This document shows, piece after piece, positions 26,760 to 35,789 of a stretch of 64,000 nucleotides of DNA; position 1 is the stretch's first letter; each line of letters begins with the position of its first letter. Below the pieces are notes generated by a model, which did not search any database, was not told the DNA's origin, and saw nothing but the letters and a program-made list of their open reading frames with translations. Source of the stretch: a virus (lineage: Duplodnaviria > Caudoviricetes); the IMG/VR virus record IMGVR_UViG_2837658290_000001, positions 1,897 through 65,896 of that record; one strand, written 5' to 3'. Both the position numbers and the translations under genes were made by a program.

Positions 26760-28064
26760 ATGATGATGCAGATCTTGAAATCCGGGATACCTTTTCTGAT
26801 TGCGGCTCAGTTCGCGCTGCCCGTTTGCGCGCAGACGGCTGATAGTCTGCGCGCAGAGCTTGATCTTGTGGTTACTCAGATCGAGGAGGCGGATGCGACG
26901 ATCGCGCGGTTTGACGGAGGGCTGATCCGTGCGCTTGCCGAGGCGAGAAAAGAAGCGCTTTCGCTTTCGGAAGCTGTGATCCGGAACCGCATTCTTGGTC
27001 TTGAAGGGGGAAATGCCGTTGAAATCGTCATTCCGGCTGTGCAACCCGATGACGCCCGGGCGACCCGGATCCTGGGGGAAATAGCTGCAGCCCAGAGCCG
27101 GATCGCAGAGGCCGAAAAGGAAGCGGCGCGGGCCGGTGGTCTCATTCAGGCGGTAGCGCTGAGCCGGGTCGAGACCGAAAAGCTGACCCTTGCGCAGCTG
27201 CAGATGGGATATTTCCAGGCAAAATACGGGATCGCTTTCCCCAATTCAGTTGCTTTGGCACCCCCTCCGTCCTCAGGGTCGGGTAGCGGCGAACCGGAGC
27301 CTCTGAGCACGGCACAAGATACTGCGACCGGTGAGGCCGAAACCTTGCCCTGGGCGGATAAACGGTTTCCGCAGATCGACTATTCGCTGCAGCCGTTCGA
27401 GCAGGCGCATAAGGATGGCGACAGGATTTCGGGGTGGTGGTCGATCGAAACCGAGCGGGCGGTTGTCGATGACAGTCCAAAAGTCGTTGCAATCAACTAC
27501 TCGAATTTCGAGCCGGGCAGCTACAGCGGGTTCACGGGTTTGCTGGCGCGCTGCACTGAAGGGGAAACGGCACTGGTGTACATTCAGGATGACTACCTGA
27601 TGACGGATTTTCGGCGCAACAGTTTCGATATCACCTACCGTATCGATGATGCTCCGGCACAGCAGACGAGATGGAACAGTCTGACGAACAACAAGGGCGC
27701 GGGTTTGTTTGGCCGGGAAGCGGAACAGTTTCTGCGCAGGATTTATGATGCCAAGAGCCTCTTCATCCGTCTGGTCGAAAAAAATGGCCAGCGCCACGAT
27801 GCGGTATTTGATCTTTCCGGGGGGCAGGATGCTGTTGAAGCGGTTGCATCGGCCTGCGGGTGGTCGACGCTGTCACTGTCACCGGAGGACTACAAGGCCA
27901 TTCAGACCATGCTCAATGCAGGTGGGTTCGAGGCAGGTACGCCAGATGGCCGCTGGGGCGCGGGTTCAAAGCGCGCGCTGAAGGCGTTTCAGGCATCGGT
28001 TGGATTGCCTGAAACCGGCGCCCCGGACCGTGCGACTTTGACCAGGCTTGGTTTTGGGGAGTAA
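26760..28064 (+). CDS. Secreted protein with coiled-coil N-terminus and C-terminal peptidoglycan-binding domain
   Basis: AGGAG RBS; signal peptide; C-terminal IQTMLN..GF..G.PDG.WG..S..AL..FQ...GL..TG (PG_binding_1); middle domain resembles VasI/TagO-like proteins (tentative). Confidence 0.8.
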   Translation: MMMQILKSGIPFLIAAQFALPVCAQTADSLRAELDLVVTQIEEADATIARFDGGLIRALAEARKEALSLSEAVIRNRILGLEGGNAVEIVIPAVQPDDARATRILGEIAAAQSRIAEAEKEAARAGGLIQAVALSRVETEKLTLAQLQMGYFQAKYGIAFPNSVALAPPPSSGSGSGEPEPLSTAQDTATGEAETLPWADKRFPQIDYSLQPFEQAHKDGDRISGWWSIETERAVVDDSPKVVAINYSNFEPGSYSGFTGLLARCTEGETALVYIQDDYLMTDFRRNSFDITYRIDDAPAQQTRWNSLTNNKGAGLFGREAEQFLRRIYDAKSLFIRLVEKNGQRHDAVFDLSGGQDAVEAVASACGWSTLSLSPEDYKAIQTMLNAGGFEAGTPDGRWGAGSKRALKAFQASVGLPETGAPDRATLTRLGFGE

Positions 28065-28086
28065 AGGTCAGCCCATTCAGAATTGC

Positions 28087-28122
28087 GTCCATATGGACTT
28101 GAAATATAGGTCATATGGACTT
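28087..28122. promoter_or_regulatory. Putative Xre antitoxin operator
   Basis: Perfect palindrome GTCCATATGGAC (28087-28098) and near-copy GGTCATATGGAC (28109-28120) upstream of the TA pair. Confidence 0.65.
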
Positions 28123-28151
28123 ATTCTTTGGGTGAAATGGAGGGTTTGTCT

Positions 28152-28541
28152 ATGGAAAGCGTGGTCAGCGAACGTCCGGCGGCCGCAGTGCAGGCTGTTG
28201 CGTTGAAGGCTTTCAGTCGGATTGCCGAGGGCTGGTCACTTACCGGCCGCGAGGCAGCGGCGCTGGCGGATATGTCCGAGTCGACCTGGAAACGTGCCAG
28301 GAAGCCAGGATTTTCCGGTGAATTGACACGCGATCAGATGTTGCGGCTCAGCGCGCTTGTCGGGCTCTATAAATCACTCGAACTGTACTTCAGCCCGGCA
28401 ATTGCGGGGCAATGGGTCAAGCTGAGCAACCGGGGGCCGGAATTCGATGGTCAGCGCCCACTGGATGCCATGGTGCATGGGGGCCTTCCCAAGATTTTGC
28501 GTGTCCGGACTTATGTGGATGCCCTGCGGGGTGGCGTTTGA
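28152..28541 (+). CDS. Xre/MbcA/ParS-type antitoxin
   Basis: N-terminal HTH (W.L...EAA.L...S.STW.R); C-terminal W....N...F.G.RPL..M...G...VR.Y.DA.RG; GGAGG RBS. Confidence 0.88.
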   Translation: MESVVSERPAAAVQAVALKAFSRIAEGWSLTGREAAALADMSESTWKRARKPGFSGELTRDQMLRLSALVGLYKSLELYFSPAIAGQWVKLSNRGPEFDGQRPLDAMVHGGLPKILRVRTYVDALRGGV

Positions 28542-29230
28542 AGATTACGGCTCTGAACGACCGGGGACTGGTTCGCCTGATCCCGGCCACTTATCACAAG
28601 CCACCCGTGTTGCGTGGGCTTGTTGACAGTGATGAAGAAGCGGCAATCCTGGCTGAGCTCGAAGGAGAAACCAGCACACGCCTGATCGCTGAACGGGAAG
28701 GCAGTCCTGCACTTGACCGGCGCGAACTGGTTTTTGAACGACGGGCTCATGACCTGAATGTTTATGGTCAGAGCCACATCAACGCGGCCTTCTCATATAC
28801 CCGGCCGACAGGGAACCGCTTCAATGGTGGTGAACGTGGGGCATGGTATTGCAGCTTTGATGTTCTGACCTCTGCCGAGGAGGTTGCCTATCACAGGACG
28901 CGGGAGCTCAGCTTCATTGGCGTTTTTGACGACGAGGCCAGATATGTGGAATTGCTTGCCGACTTCATAGGTGACTTTCCGGATCTGGCAGACGAGAGCG
29001 GACATCCGGCGCTGAATCCCGATCCGGCGACAGGATATCCGGCCGGACAGTCTCTCGCGACGGCTCTGCGCCAGGAGGGTCATCGGGGTTTGCTCTATCC
29101 ATCGGTCAGGCGCACGGGCGGGGCATGCTTTGTGGCATTTGATCCCGGCATTATTCAGAATGTGAGGCCGGGAGCGAGCTGGAATATCTCCTGGTCGGGT
29201 TCGCCGGAGTATTCCATCGAAGGGCTCTGA
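28538..29230 (+). CDS. RES-domain toxin (NAD+ phosphorylase family)
   Basis: TTGA overlap; RFN...GAWY, E..YH and G..YPSVR (R-E-S) motifs. Confidence 0.9.
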   Translation: MKITALNDRGLVRLIPATYHKPPVLRGLVDSDEEAAILAELEGETSTRLIAEREGSPALDRRELVFERRAHDLNVYGQSHINAAFSYTRPTGNRFNGGERGAWYCSFDVLTSAEEVAYHRTRELSFIGVFDDEARYVELLADFIGDFPDLADESGHPALNPDPATGYPAGQSLATALRQEGHRGLLYPSVRRTGGACFVAFDPGIIQNVRPGASWNISWSGSPEYSIEGL

Positions 29231-29298
29231 TCTTTCCGGGCACTGAACTGCTTCAGATTTGACAGCTTCTGAAACCAGCAGAGCGAAAGCTATCCATC

Positions 29299-29718
29299 AT
29301 GCCCACCCTCCGCGAAACCCTCCTCACCAGCCTGCATGCGCGGCTGTCAGCCCTGCCTGCTTCGGTTCTGCGCGGGGAGGTGCTGCCTGAGCGGGTGCCG
29401 GCGGGAGGGGTTGTGATCCTGAGGGATGGCGATCCGGGGGAGCCGGAGGTGACGCTGTCACCGCTGCGATATCACTATGCGCATCGGGCCGAGCTTGAGG
29501 TGGTGGTGCAGGACAGGGAGCGGGATGCGGCTTTCGACACCCTTTGTGCAGGCATCGGGACAGCACTCGCTGCCGACCGTACGCTGGGCGGGCTGTGCGA
29601 CTGGGTCGAGCCGGAGGCGCCGCGGCCGGTGGATCTGCCGGTGGAGGGGGCGGCCAGCCTGAAGGCGGCCGTCATCCCGGTTGTGCTGCATTATACGCTG
29701 GCAGACCCGCTGGCGTGA
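29299..29718 (+). CDS. Tail terminator/completion protein
   Basis: RDGDPGEPE, ADRTLGGLCDW; located before the tail tube gene. Confidence 0.75.
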   Translation: MPTLRETLLTSLHARLSALPASVLRGEVLPERVPAGGVVILRDGDPGEPEVTLSPLRYHYAHRAELEVVVQDRERDAAFDTLCAGIGTALAADRTLGGLCDWVEPEAPRPVDLPVEGAASLKAAVIPVVLHYTLADPLA

Positions 29719-30077
29719 ATGCCCAGGTCATAGGCCGCGAGCTTGCCGATCCGGCCCTCGATCTGCGCGCCGGGCTCGATGCAGATCCGCTCACAGGTGA
29801 GATCTGCGGAGACGATGGCCGAGGGTCTGAGGGTGAGGTTCAGCGCTGCGGCCGAACCCTGCAGCGTGCCTTCAATGGTGAGATGGCGGGCGCGGATCTT
29901 GCCGTGAACGCGGGCGGTTCTGGTGAGTACCAGGGTATCGGCGGTGAGCTCACCGCGGATCTCGCCGCCGAACTCGAGAATGCCCCGGGTTGTGAGGCTG
30001 CCGGTGATGCGGACATCCTCGCCGATCAGCGAGCGTTTGCGCTCGGGGGTGGTCTGGGGGATGGCAGAGCTGGTCAT
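29691..30077 (-). CDS. Bactofilin (polymer-forming cytoskeletal protein)
   Basis: SLIGEDVRITGSL...G.L.F.G.I.G.L.A..L.L...A.V.G.I.A..L.I.G...G...IEPGAQIEG beta-helical repeat pattern. Confidence 0.88.
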   Translation of the reverse strand: MTSSAIPQTTPERKRSLIGEDVRITGSLTTRGILEFGGEIRGELTADTLVLTRTARVHGKIRARHLTIEGTLQGSAAALNLTLRPSAIVSADLTCERICIEPGAQIEGRIGKLAAYDLGIHASGSASV

Positions 30078-30176
30078 TGGCGTTTCTTTCCCGGTTTGTC
30101 CGTCTGATGGCCGTGGGGGTGCCCGGCTGTCAAGCGGATTGGGCCCTGAACAGATCTGAGCAGACAGGAGAATGGA

Positions 30177-31115
30177 ATGGCACGAGCCCAGGGGGCGCGG
30201 GCGCAGATGGCGCTGGCGTTCGAGAGTACATATGGAACGCCGCCGGTGGGCGGATATACGAAGATGCCCTTTGCGACGGCGTCGCTGGGGGCCGAGCAGC
30301 CGCTGCAGGCTTCAGAGCTTCTGGGATACGGGCGCGATCCTCTGGCACCAATGCGCGATGCAATCACCGCCGATGGCAGTATCGTGGTGCCGGTTGACAC
30401 GGAGGCCTTCGGGGTCTGGCTCAAGGGGGCATTTGGTGATCCTGTGACCACTGGCACCGGGCCCTACACCCATGTCTTTACCAGCGGAAGCTGGACTTTG
30501 CCGAGCTTCACGGTGGAGACCGGGCTGCCGGACGTGCCGAGCTATGCGCTCTATGGCGGTTGCATGGTCGACAAGATCGGCTGGCAGATGGCGCGCTCTG
30601 GCCTGCTGACGGCTTCGGTGGAGATCGTGGCCCAGGGCGAGACGCTGGGGACGGCATCCGGGGCGGGCACACCGGCAACTGTGGACCTGCAGCGGTTTGG
30701 TCACTTCAACGGATCGGTGACGCGCAACGGGACGGCGATCGGTAATATTGTCGGGGCGGAACTGAGCTATTCCAACACTCTCGACCGGGTGGAAACGATC
30801 CGGGCGGACGGCAAGATCGAGGGGGCGGATCCGTCGATCGCGGCGATGACAGGACGGATTGATGTTCGTTTTGCCGATACGGTGCTGCTGAGCCAGGCGA
30901 TCTCGGGCACGTCCTGCGCGCTGGAGTTTGCCTACAGCCTTGCGTCTGGAGAAACTCTGACGGTCTCGGTGCCGCGGGTCTTCCTGCCGCGGCCGCGCCG
31001 GGAAATCACCGGCCCGCAGGGGGTGCAGGTGAGCTTTGACTGGCAGGCTGCACAGCAGACCAACGGCGATCCGATGGTGACAGTGACCCTGATAAATGGC
31101 CGCGAGGCCTATTGA
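30177..31115 (+). CDS. Major tail tube protein
   Basis: AGGAG RBS; MARAQGAR..AFES.YG, LPS.T.E.G.P, I.GP.G.Q.SF.WQAA; precedes the chaperone and tape measure genes. Confidence 0.85.
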   Translation: MARAQGARAQMALAFESTYGTPPVGGYTKMPFATASLGAEQPLQASELLGYGRDPLAPMRDAITADGSIVVPVDTEAFGVWLKGAFGDPVTTGTGPYTHVFTSGSWTLPSFTVETGLPDVPSYALYGGCMVDKIGWQMARSGLLTASVEIVAQGETLGTASGAGTPATVDLQRFGHFNGSVTRNGTAIGNIVGAELSYSNTLDRVETIRADGKIEGADPSIAAMTGRIDVRFADTVLLSQAISGTSCALEFAYSLASGETLTVSVPRVFLPRPRREITGPQGVQVSFDWQAAQQTNGDPMVTVTLINGREAY

Positions 31116-31220
31116 CGGTATCCGGAAGGCGGGATTGCGTGTAGCATACGGGTGTACGCAGCATTCAGTGTTTACCTCGCCTTCGGTCTTGTCAGGGGCC
31201 GGAGGCTGCTCCCTGACCTC

Positions 31221-31248
31221 CGGTGCCTTCGGGCACCGTTTTTTTTTT
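31221..31248 (+). terminator. Rho-independent terminator after tail tube gene
   Basis: CGGTGCC-ttcg-GGCACCG followed by ten T. Confidence 0.8.
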
Positions 31249-31259
31249 GGAGATGTGAC

Positions 31260-31619
31260 ATGCTGAGACTTTCTCTTTCAACCGAGCCGCGCTGGATCGG
31301 GCTGGCGGGCGGTGCGCGCGTGCGGGTCCGGCCCCTGAGTTCGGCGATGATGCTGGCGGCGCGCAATGATCCGCGCGTTCAGGATCTGGTGCAGGCTGAG
31401 GAGCACCCGGACGAGGATGCGGTGGCGCTGGCGGTGGCAAAGATCCTCGCGGGGCTGGTGATCGAGGCCTGGGAGGGCGTGGGGGATGAAACGGGCGCAC
31501 CGGTTCCGGTGACGCAGGACTGGATCGATGCGCTGCTCGATCTCTGGCCGATGTTCGAGGCTTTCCAGGAAAAGGTGGTGGCGGGTGCGATGCTGGTGGA
31601 CGCGGAAAAAAACGTCTGA
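31260..31619 (+). CDS. Tail assembly chaperone (gpG-like)
   Basis: GGAG RBS; ..WEGVGDE.G.P.P.T; ends GAA AAA AAC GTC TGA (slippery site). Confidence 0.8.
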   Translation: MLRLSLSTEPRWIGLAGGARVRVRPLSSAMMLAARNDPRVQDLVQAEEHPDEDAVALAVAKILAGLVIEAWEGVGDETGAPVPVTQDWIDALLDLWPMFEAFQEKVVAGAMLVDAEKNV

Positions 31620-31960
31620 GCGCCCTTGCCGACTGGGAGTTCGGCGGGGGCGGCGACTATTGCGCGGCGTGTGATGGAATTTGCCCTGAGTGTCCGGGGA
31701 TCATGCATGCACCGCAGAGCATCGAAGGCTGGCAGGTCTGGGACCTTGTGCAACGCTCGGGCGGACAGCTGCGGGTGGCCGGGGGCCTTGCGCCGCAGGT
31801 GCTGGGCTTTGACATGACAGCGGTGCTGGCGCTGGCCGGCGCCCTTGGGGTGCCGCCTCTGGCGGTGGGCGAGCTGATGCCGGCCGTAGAGGCGGCGATG
31901 GTGCGCAGGATGAATGAAGCCGGTGAAGCTGATCCCCGGGCTTCGGGCTTCTTGCCTTAA
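31613..31960 (+). CDS. gpT-like frameshift extension of the tail chaperone (-1 frame)
   Basis: The -1 frame is open from the A AAA AAC heptamer (31607-31613): RLSALADWEFGGGGDYCAACDGICPECPG then MHAPQSIEGWQVWDL... Confidence 0.8.
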   Translation, partial: RLSALADWEFGGGGDYCAACDGICPECPGIMHAPQSIEGWQVWDLVQRSGGQLRVAGGLAPQVLGFDMTAVLALAGALGVPPLAVGELMPAVEAAMVRRMNEAGEADPRASGFLP

Positions 31961-32250
31961 GGGGTGAGGGTGCGCTGCACGATTTGCGGGTCTTTCGCGA
32001 TCAGTGCGAGCAGGACGCGGGCAGGCCCTTCGGGATGGCGGCGACCTTGCTCCCAATTGAGCAGGGTCGCTTTCTTGACACCGATACTGCGCGCAAAGGC
32101 AACCTGTGACAAACCGGTGCGGGCGCGGATAGCCTGAACATCGGGGTCGGGGATCTCGATCTCATGGAGTACCGCGGCGCTCTTGTCTCCGCGTGCGTGC
32201 GACAGGGCTTCTTTCAGCCCCTGTTCGATGCTTTTGAATGCGTTACTCAT
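31957..32250 (-). CDS. higA: HigA-like Xre HTH antitoxin
   Basis: DV.AIR...GLSQ..FA...G....TL.NWEQGRR.P.GPA..LL. Confidence 0.88.
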   Translation of the reverse strand: MSNAFKSIEQGLKEALSHARGDKSAAVLHEIEIPDPDVQAIRARTGLSQVAFARSIGVKKATLLNWEQGRRHPEGPARVLLALIAKDPQIVQRTLTP

Positions 32251-32588
32251 GTCTTCCTCCGGTAGGTCTCTGACAGCAAGCTGCCGAGCTTTTTTACGGT
32301 ATCCGTTTCCGATTTGGTCAGGTTGGCTTTCTCGTTCTTGGCGAACACGGTGATCAGAAAGATCGGCGTTCCGTCGTCGCTGTTGTAGAAATGGATCACG
32401 CGGAAGCCGCCGCTCTTGCCTGCGCCTTCGCGTGCAAAGCGGAACTTGCGCACACCGCCGCCCAGCGGCACGCCCGACATCGGATTGCGGGCGATGAAAT
32501 CGATCAGTTCCAGCCGCTCTGCTTCGCTCATAAGGGCATGGGCGCGGCGCTGGAACTCAGGCGTTTCGACTACAGTCACGATGGTCAT
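32247..32588 (-). CDS. higB: HigB/RelE-family toxin
   Basis: VVET..F, NP..G....GGVRK.R....GKSGG.RVI.F, FAKNEK.NL; toxin-first order. Confidence 0.88.
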   Translation of the reverse strand: MTIVTVVETPEFQRRAHALMSEAERLELIDFIARNPMSGVPLGGGVRKFRFAREGAGKSGGFRVIHFYNSDDGTPIFLITVFAKNEKANLTKSETDTVKKLGSLLSETYRRKT

Positions 32589-32599
32589 GGCTCAATATG

Positions 32600-32629
32600 T
32601 GCGCCAATGACGCATATGTCAATGGCGCA
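32600..32629. promoter_or_regulatory. Putative higBA operator
   Basis: Inverted repeat TGCGCCAaTGAC-gcatat-GTCAaTGGCGCA just upstream of higB. Confidence 0.6.
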
Positions 32630-32649
32630 TAGTCTGATGAGGAAAACCC

Positions 32650-35118
32650 ATGTCCGAGAAGACCCTTTCGGTCCGCCTGTCCGCCCGGGGCGGGGGGCAG
32701 GTGAAGCGTGAGCTGCGCAGGGTCGGCGAGGCCGGGGCGCAGGCATTCGAAAGGATCCCACGCGAGGTGGAGCGGGCGAATGCAAAGCTTGCGGCGTTTG
32801 CGGGCAAGGTTCGTCTGGCCGCGATCGGAGCTGCGACGGCCGCTGCAGCGGGGGCGGTGGCGGCCACGCAATCGGCGATGACGCGGGCGTTCGAGGTGCA
32901 GCGCCAGGCGCAGGTGGCCAATGCGGATCCGGAGCTGTTTCAGGGCTGGGCGGCCGGGGCGGCGACGGTGGGGATCGAGGCCGACAAGCTGGCGGACATT
33001 CTCAAGGATGTGAACGACCGGGTGGGGGATTTCCTGCAGACGGGCGGCGGTCCGATGAAGGACTTCTTCGAGAGCATTGCGCCGCGGGTCGGGGTGACGG
33101 CGGATCAGTTTGCGCGGCTTTCCGGGCCGGAGGCACTGCAGCTTTACGTGTCGTCTCTGGAACGGGCCGGTGTGAGCCAGCAGGAGATGACCTTCTATCT
33201 CGAAGCCATGGCGTCTGACGCCACGGCGCTGATCCCGCTGCTCAGAAACAACGGCGCGGAGATGACGACGCTGGCGGCCCGCGCGGCGGATCTCGGTGTG
33301 GTGATGGATCGCAGGACGGTGGCGGCGCTTAACCGCTCGCGTCTGGCGCTGGCGGCGGTGGGGCAGGTGATGACGGGGATCGGCAACCGGGTGGGTGCTG
33401 TGCTGGCGCCGGTGCTGGAGCGGCTGGCGGGGATCCTTGTGAATCTGGCCGGTGCGACCGGGCCGGTCGGCCGGGTGCTGTCGGCTCTGTCGGATCAGAT
33501 CGGCCGGCTTGCGGCCTGGACCGGAACCTTCGTGGCGCTGATTGGCGCGCGGTGGGTGGCGGGGCTGGCTGCCGCGGCGGTCACGACGCTGCGCCTTGCG
33601 GGTGCGCTGAGCGTGCTGAAGGGCGCGCTGATCCGGACGGGGATTGGCGCTCTGATCGTGGGGTCGGGGGAGCTCGTCTACTGGTTCACCCGCCTGGCGG
33701 AGGGTGCCGGGGGCTTCGGAGAGGCCATGCGGCTTCTGAAGGATGTCGCCGTTGAGGTCTGGGACCGGATCCAGCTCGGGGCCGCGGCGGCAGGGGCGCG
33801 GGCAGCGGCCATGTTTTATGACCTCAAATCCGATGCGGCCTCGGCCATGGCGTCGGCGATTGAAAGCGTGGTCGCCTTTGGCAATGCGGCGGCGAACACG
33901 TTCGAAGGGGCGTTGCTGGCGGTCAGGGCGATCTGGTCGCGCCTGCCGGAGGTGATCGGGGATCTGGCTTTTGTGGCCGCGAACCGGATGCTCGACGGGG
34001 TGGAAGCGATGCTCAACGGGGCGATCCGGCGCATAGATGCCTTCACGGGCCGGATCCGCGAGGCGCTGGCTGCCGTCGGGATTGAGACCACCTTTGGCGC
34101 GATCGGCGAGATCGATCTCGGCGATATTGCCAACCCGTTCGCCGGGGCCTCTGCCGAGGCCGGGACAGCTGCCGCCGAGGCCTTCCGGCGGGCGTTTGAA
34201 GACACCCCGCTCACGGTTCCGGATCTGGGACTGGAGGGGACTGCCGCCGAGGCGCTGGCCACGGCTGGCCGGTTCCGGCAGGCGGCGGAGGATCTGATCG
34301 CCGCCGGCAGACTGCCGCTGGAAGCCTGGCAGGCGCTCAGGGAGGCGGTCGCAGGGGCTGGCGGGGCGGGAACAGTTGCGCTCGATGCGGCGGCGGCCTC
34401 TGCCGACAAGGTGACCGGGGCGCTCGGGCGCGCCGGGGGAGCTGCAAAGGGGGCGAAGGCCGAGCTGACAGGGTTTGCCGCGGTTCAGAAGAGCCTGAGT
34501 GAGTATGCCAGGGACGCGATGAACTGGGGCAAGGGGCTGGGCGAGACGCTGGTCTCGGCCTTTCAGGGGGCGGAGACCGCGCTGCGGGGCTTTGTCGAAG
34601 GCGGCAAGCTCGACTTCCGGTCGCTGATCCGTTCGATGATAGCCGATCTTGCGATGCTGGCGATCCGGCGCAATGTCCTGGGCCCCCTTGCCACGGCGCT
34701 TGTGGGCGTATTTGGCGGGGGCGGGTCGGGGCTGGTGACAGCGGCGGTCTCGCATACGGGCGGGATGGCGGGGATGTCCGGGGTCACGCGGTCTGTGCCG
34801 GCGGCGGTCTTTGACGGTGCCCCGCGTCTGCACGGTGGGGGCTGGGCCGGGTTGCGGCCGGATGAGGTGCCGACGATCCTGCAACGGGGCGAGCGGGTGC
34901 TCTCGCGCCGGGAGGTGGCGCAGGGCGCGACCGCGCCGGCCGGGGCGGTCGATGTGCGGATCTGGGTGGATCAGGGCGGCAACTGGCAGGCGGCGGTGGA
35001 GCGGATCAGCGGCACTGTCGCGGCGGGTGTGATGCAGGCGGGGCTCCGGCAGTATGACCGGGAGGTTCTGCCGGCGCGGGTCGGGGCGATCAGCGCCGAT
35101 CCCCGGAGGGTGGGCTGA
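32650..35118 (+). CDS. Tape measure protein
   Basis: 822 aa, Ala/Gly-rich and helical; C-terminal H.GG and L.PDEVP.ILQRGERVL motifs. Confidence 0.92.
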   Translation: MSEKTLSVRLSARGGGQVKRELRRVGEAGAQAFERIPREVERANAKLAAFAGKVRLAAIGAATAAAAGAVAATQSAMTRAFEVQRQAQVANADPELFQGWAAGAATVGIEADKLADILKDVNDRVGDFLQTGGGPMKDFFESIAPRVGVTADQFARLSGPEALQLYVSSLERAGVSQQEMTFYLEAMASDATALIPLLRNNGAEMTTLAARAADLGVVMDRRTVAALNRSRLALAAVGQVMTGIGNRVGAVLAPVLERLAGILVNLAGATGPVGRVLSALSDQIGRLAAWTGTFVALIGARWVAGLAAAAVTTLRLAGALSVLKGALIRTGIGALIVGSGELVYWFTRLAEGAGGFGEAMRLLKDVAVEVWDRIQLGAAAAGARAAAMFYDLKSDAASAMASAIESVVAFGNAAANTFEGALLAVRAIWSRLPEVIGDLAFVAANRMLDGVEAMLNGAIRRIDAFTGRIREALAAVGIETTFGAIGEIDLGDIANPFAGASAEAGTAAAEAFRRAFEDTPLTVPDLGLEGTAAEALATAGRFRQAAEDLIAAGRLPLEAWQALREAVAGAGGAGTVALDAAAASADKVTGALGRAGGAAKGAKAELTGFAAVQKSLSEYARDAMNWGKGLGETLVSAFQGAETALRGFVEGGKLDFRSLIRSMIADLAMLAIRRNVLGPLATALVGVFGGGGSGLVTAAVSHTGGMAGMSGVTRSVPAAVFDGAPRLHGGGWAGLRPDEVPTILQRGERVLSRREVAQGATAPAGAVDVRIWVDQGGNWQAAVERISGTVAAGVMQAGLRQYDREVLPARVGAISADPRRVG

Positions 35119-35777
35119 TGGCGCTGAGCTATCCGCTCGACCGGGATGACTTTCTGGGCGCCTTGCGGATCCGGAGCTTCAGCCTGGAGCTGGGCGAACG
35201 GATGGAGGTCTCGGGGCTGGCGGACGGGTCCGTGCTGCGCGATCAGCTGGGACCGCGGCTCTGGCGCGGGCGAGTGGAGCTGCATCCGGCACCATTTGCC
35301 CAGGCCCGGGCCATGGCGGCACGGCTGGCGCTGTTGCAGGAACCGGGGCGCAGCTTTCTGGCCTGGCCGGTAGATCAGGCCGGGCCGGCGCGGGACCCCA
35401 AGGGAACGCTGCTGGGCGCGGCAGCCCCTCAGATTGCCAGCCTCGCGCCGGATGCGCGGGACTTGTCGCTCTCGGGCCTGCCTGCGGGCTATGAGCTGAG
35501 CTGCGGTGACGGGCTGAGCTTTCTCTATGGCAGCGATCCGGTGCGCCATGCTTTCCACCGCATTGTCACCGGGTCTGTTGTGGCCGACGGGACGGGCGCG
35601 ACCTCTGTGTTCGAAGTGGTCCCGTCGCTGCGGGCGGGGGCTGCCATTGGCGCGCCGGTCACGCTGCTGCGCCCGGCCTTCAAGGCGGTGCTGCTGCCCG
35701 GCACGGTTACGGCGGGCAGTTCGGAACGCGTGCGTACAGGCGGGGCGTCCTTCGAGTTCATTCAGACCCTGAGATAG
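35118..35777 (+). CDS. Distal tail-like protein
   Basis: TGATG overlap directly after the tape measure gene. Confidence 0.7.
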   Translation: MALSYPLDRDDFLGALRIRSFSLELGERMEVSGLADGSVLRDQLGPRLWRGRVELHPAPFAQARAMAARLALLQEPGRSFLAWPVDQAGPARDPKGTLLGAAAPQIASLAPDARDLSLSGLPAGYELSCGDGLSFLYGSDPVRHAFHRIVTGSVVADGTGATSVFEVVPSLRAGAAIGAPVTLLRPAFKAVLLPGTVTAGSSERVRTGGASFEFIQTLR

Positions 35778-35789
35778 GAGAGACTGGTC

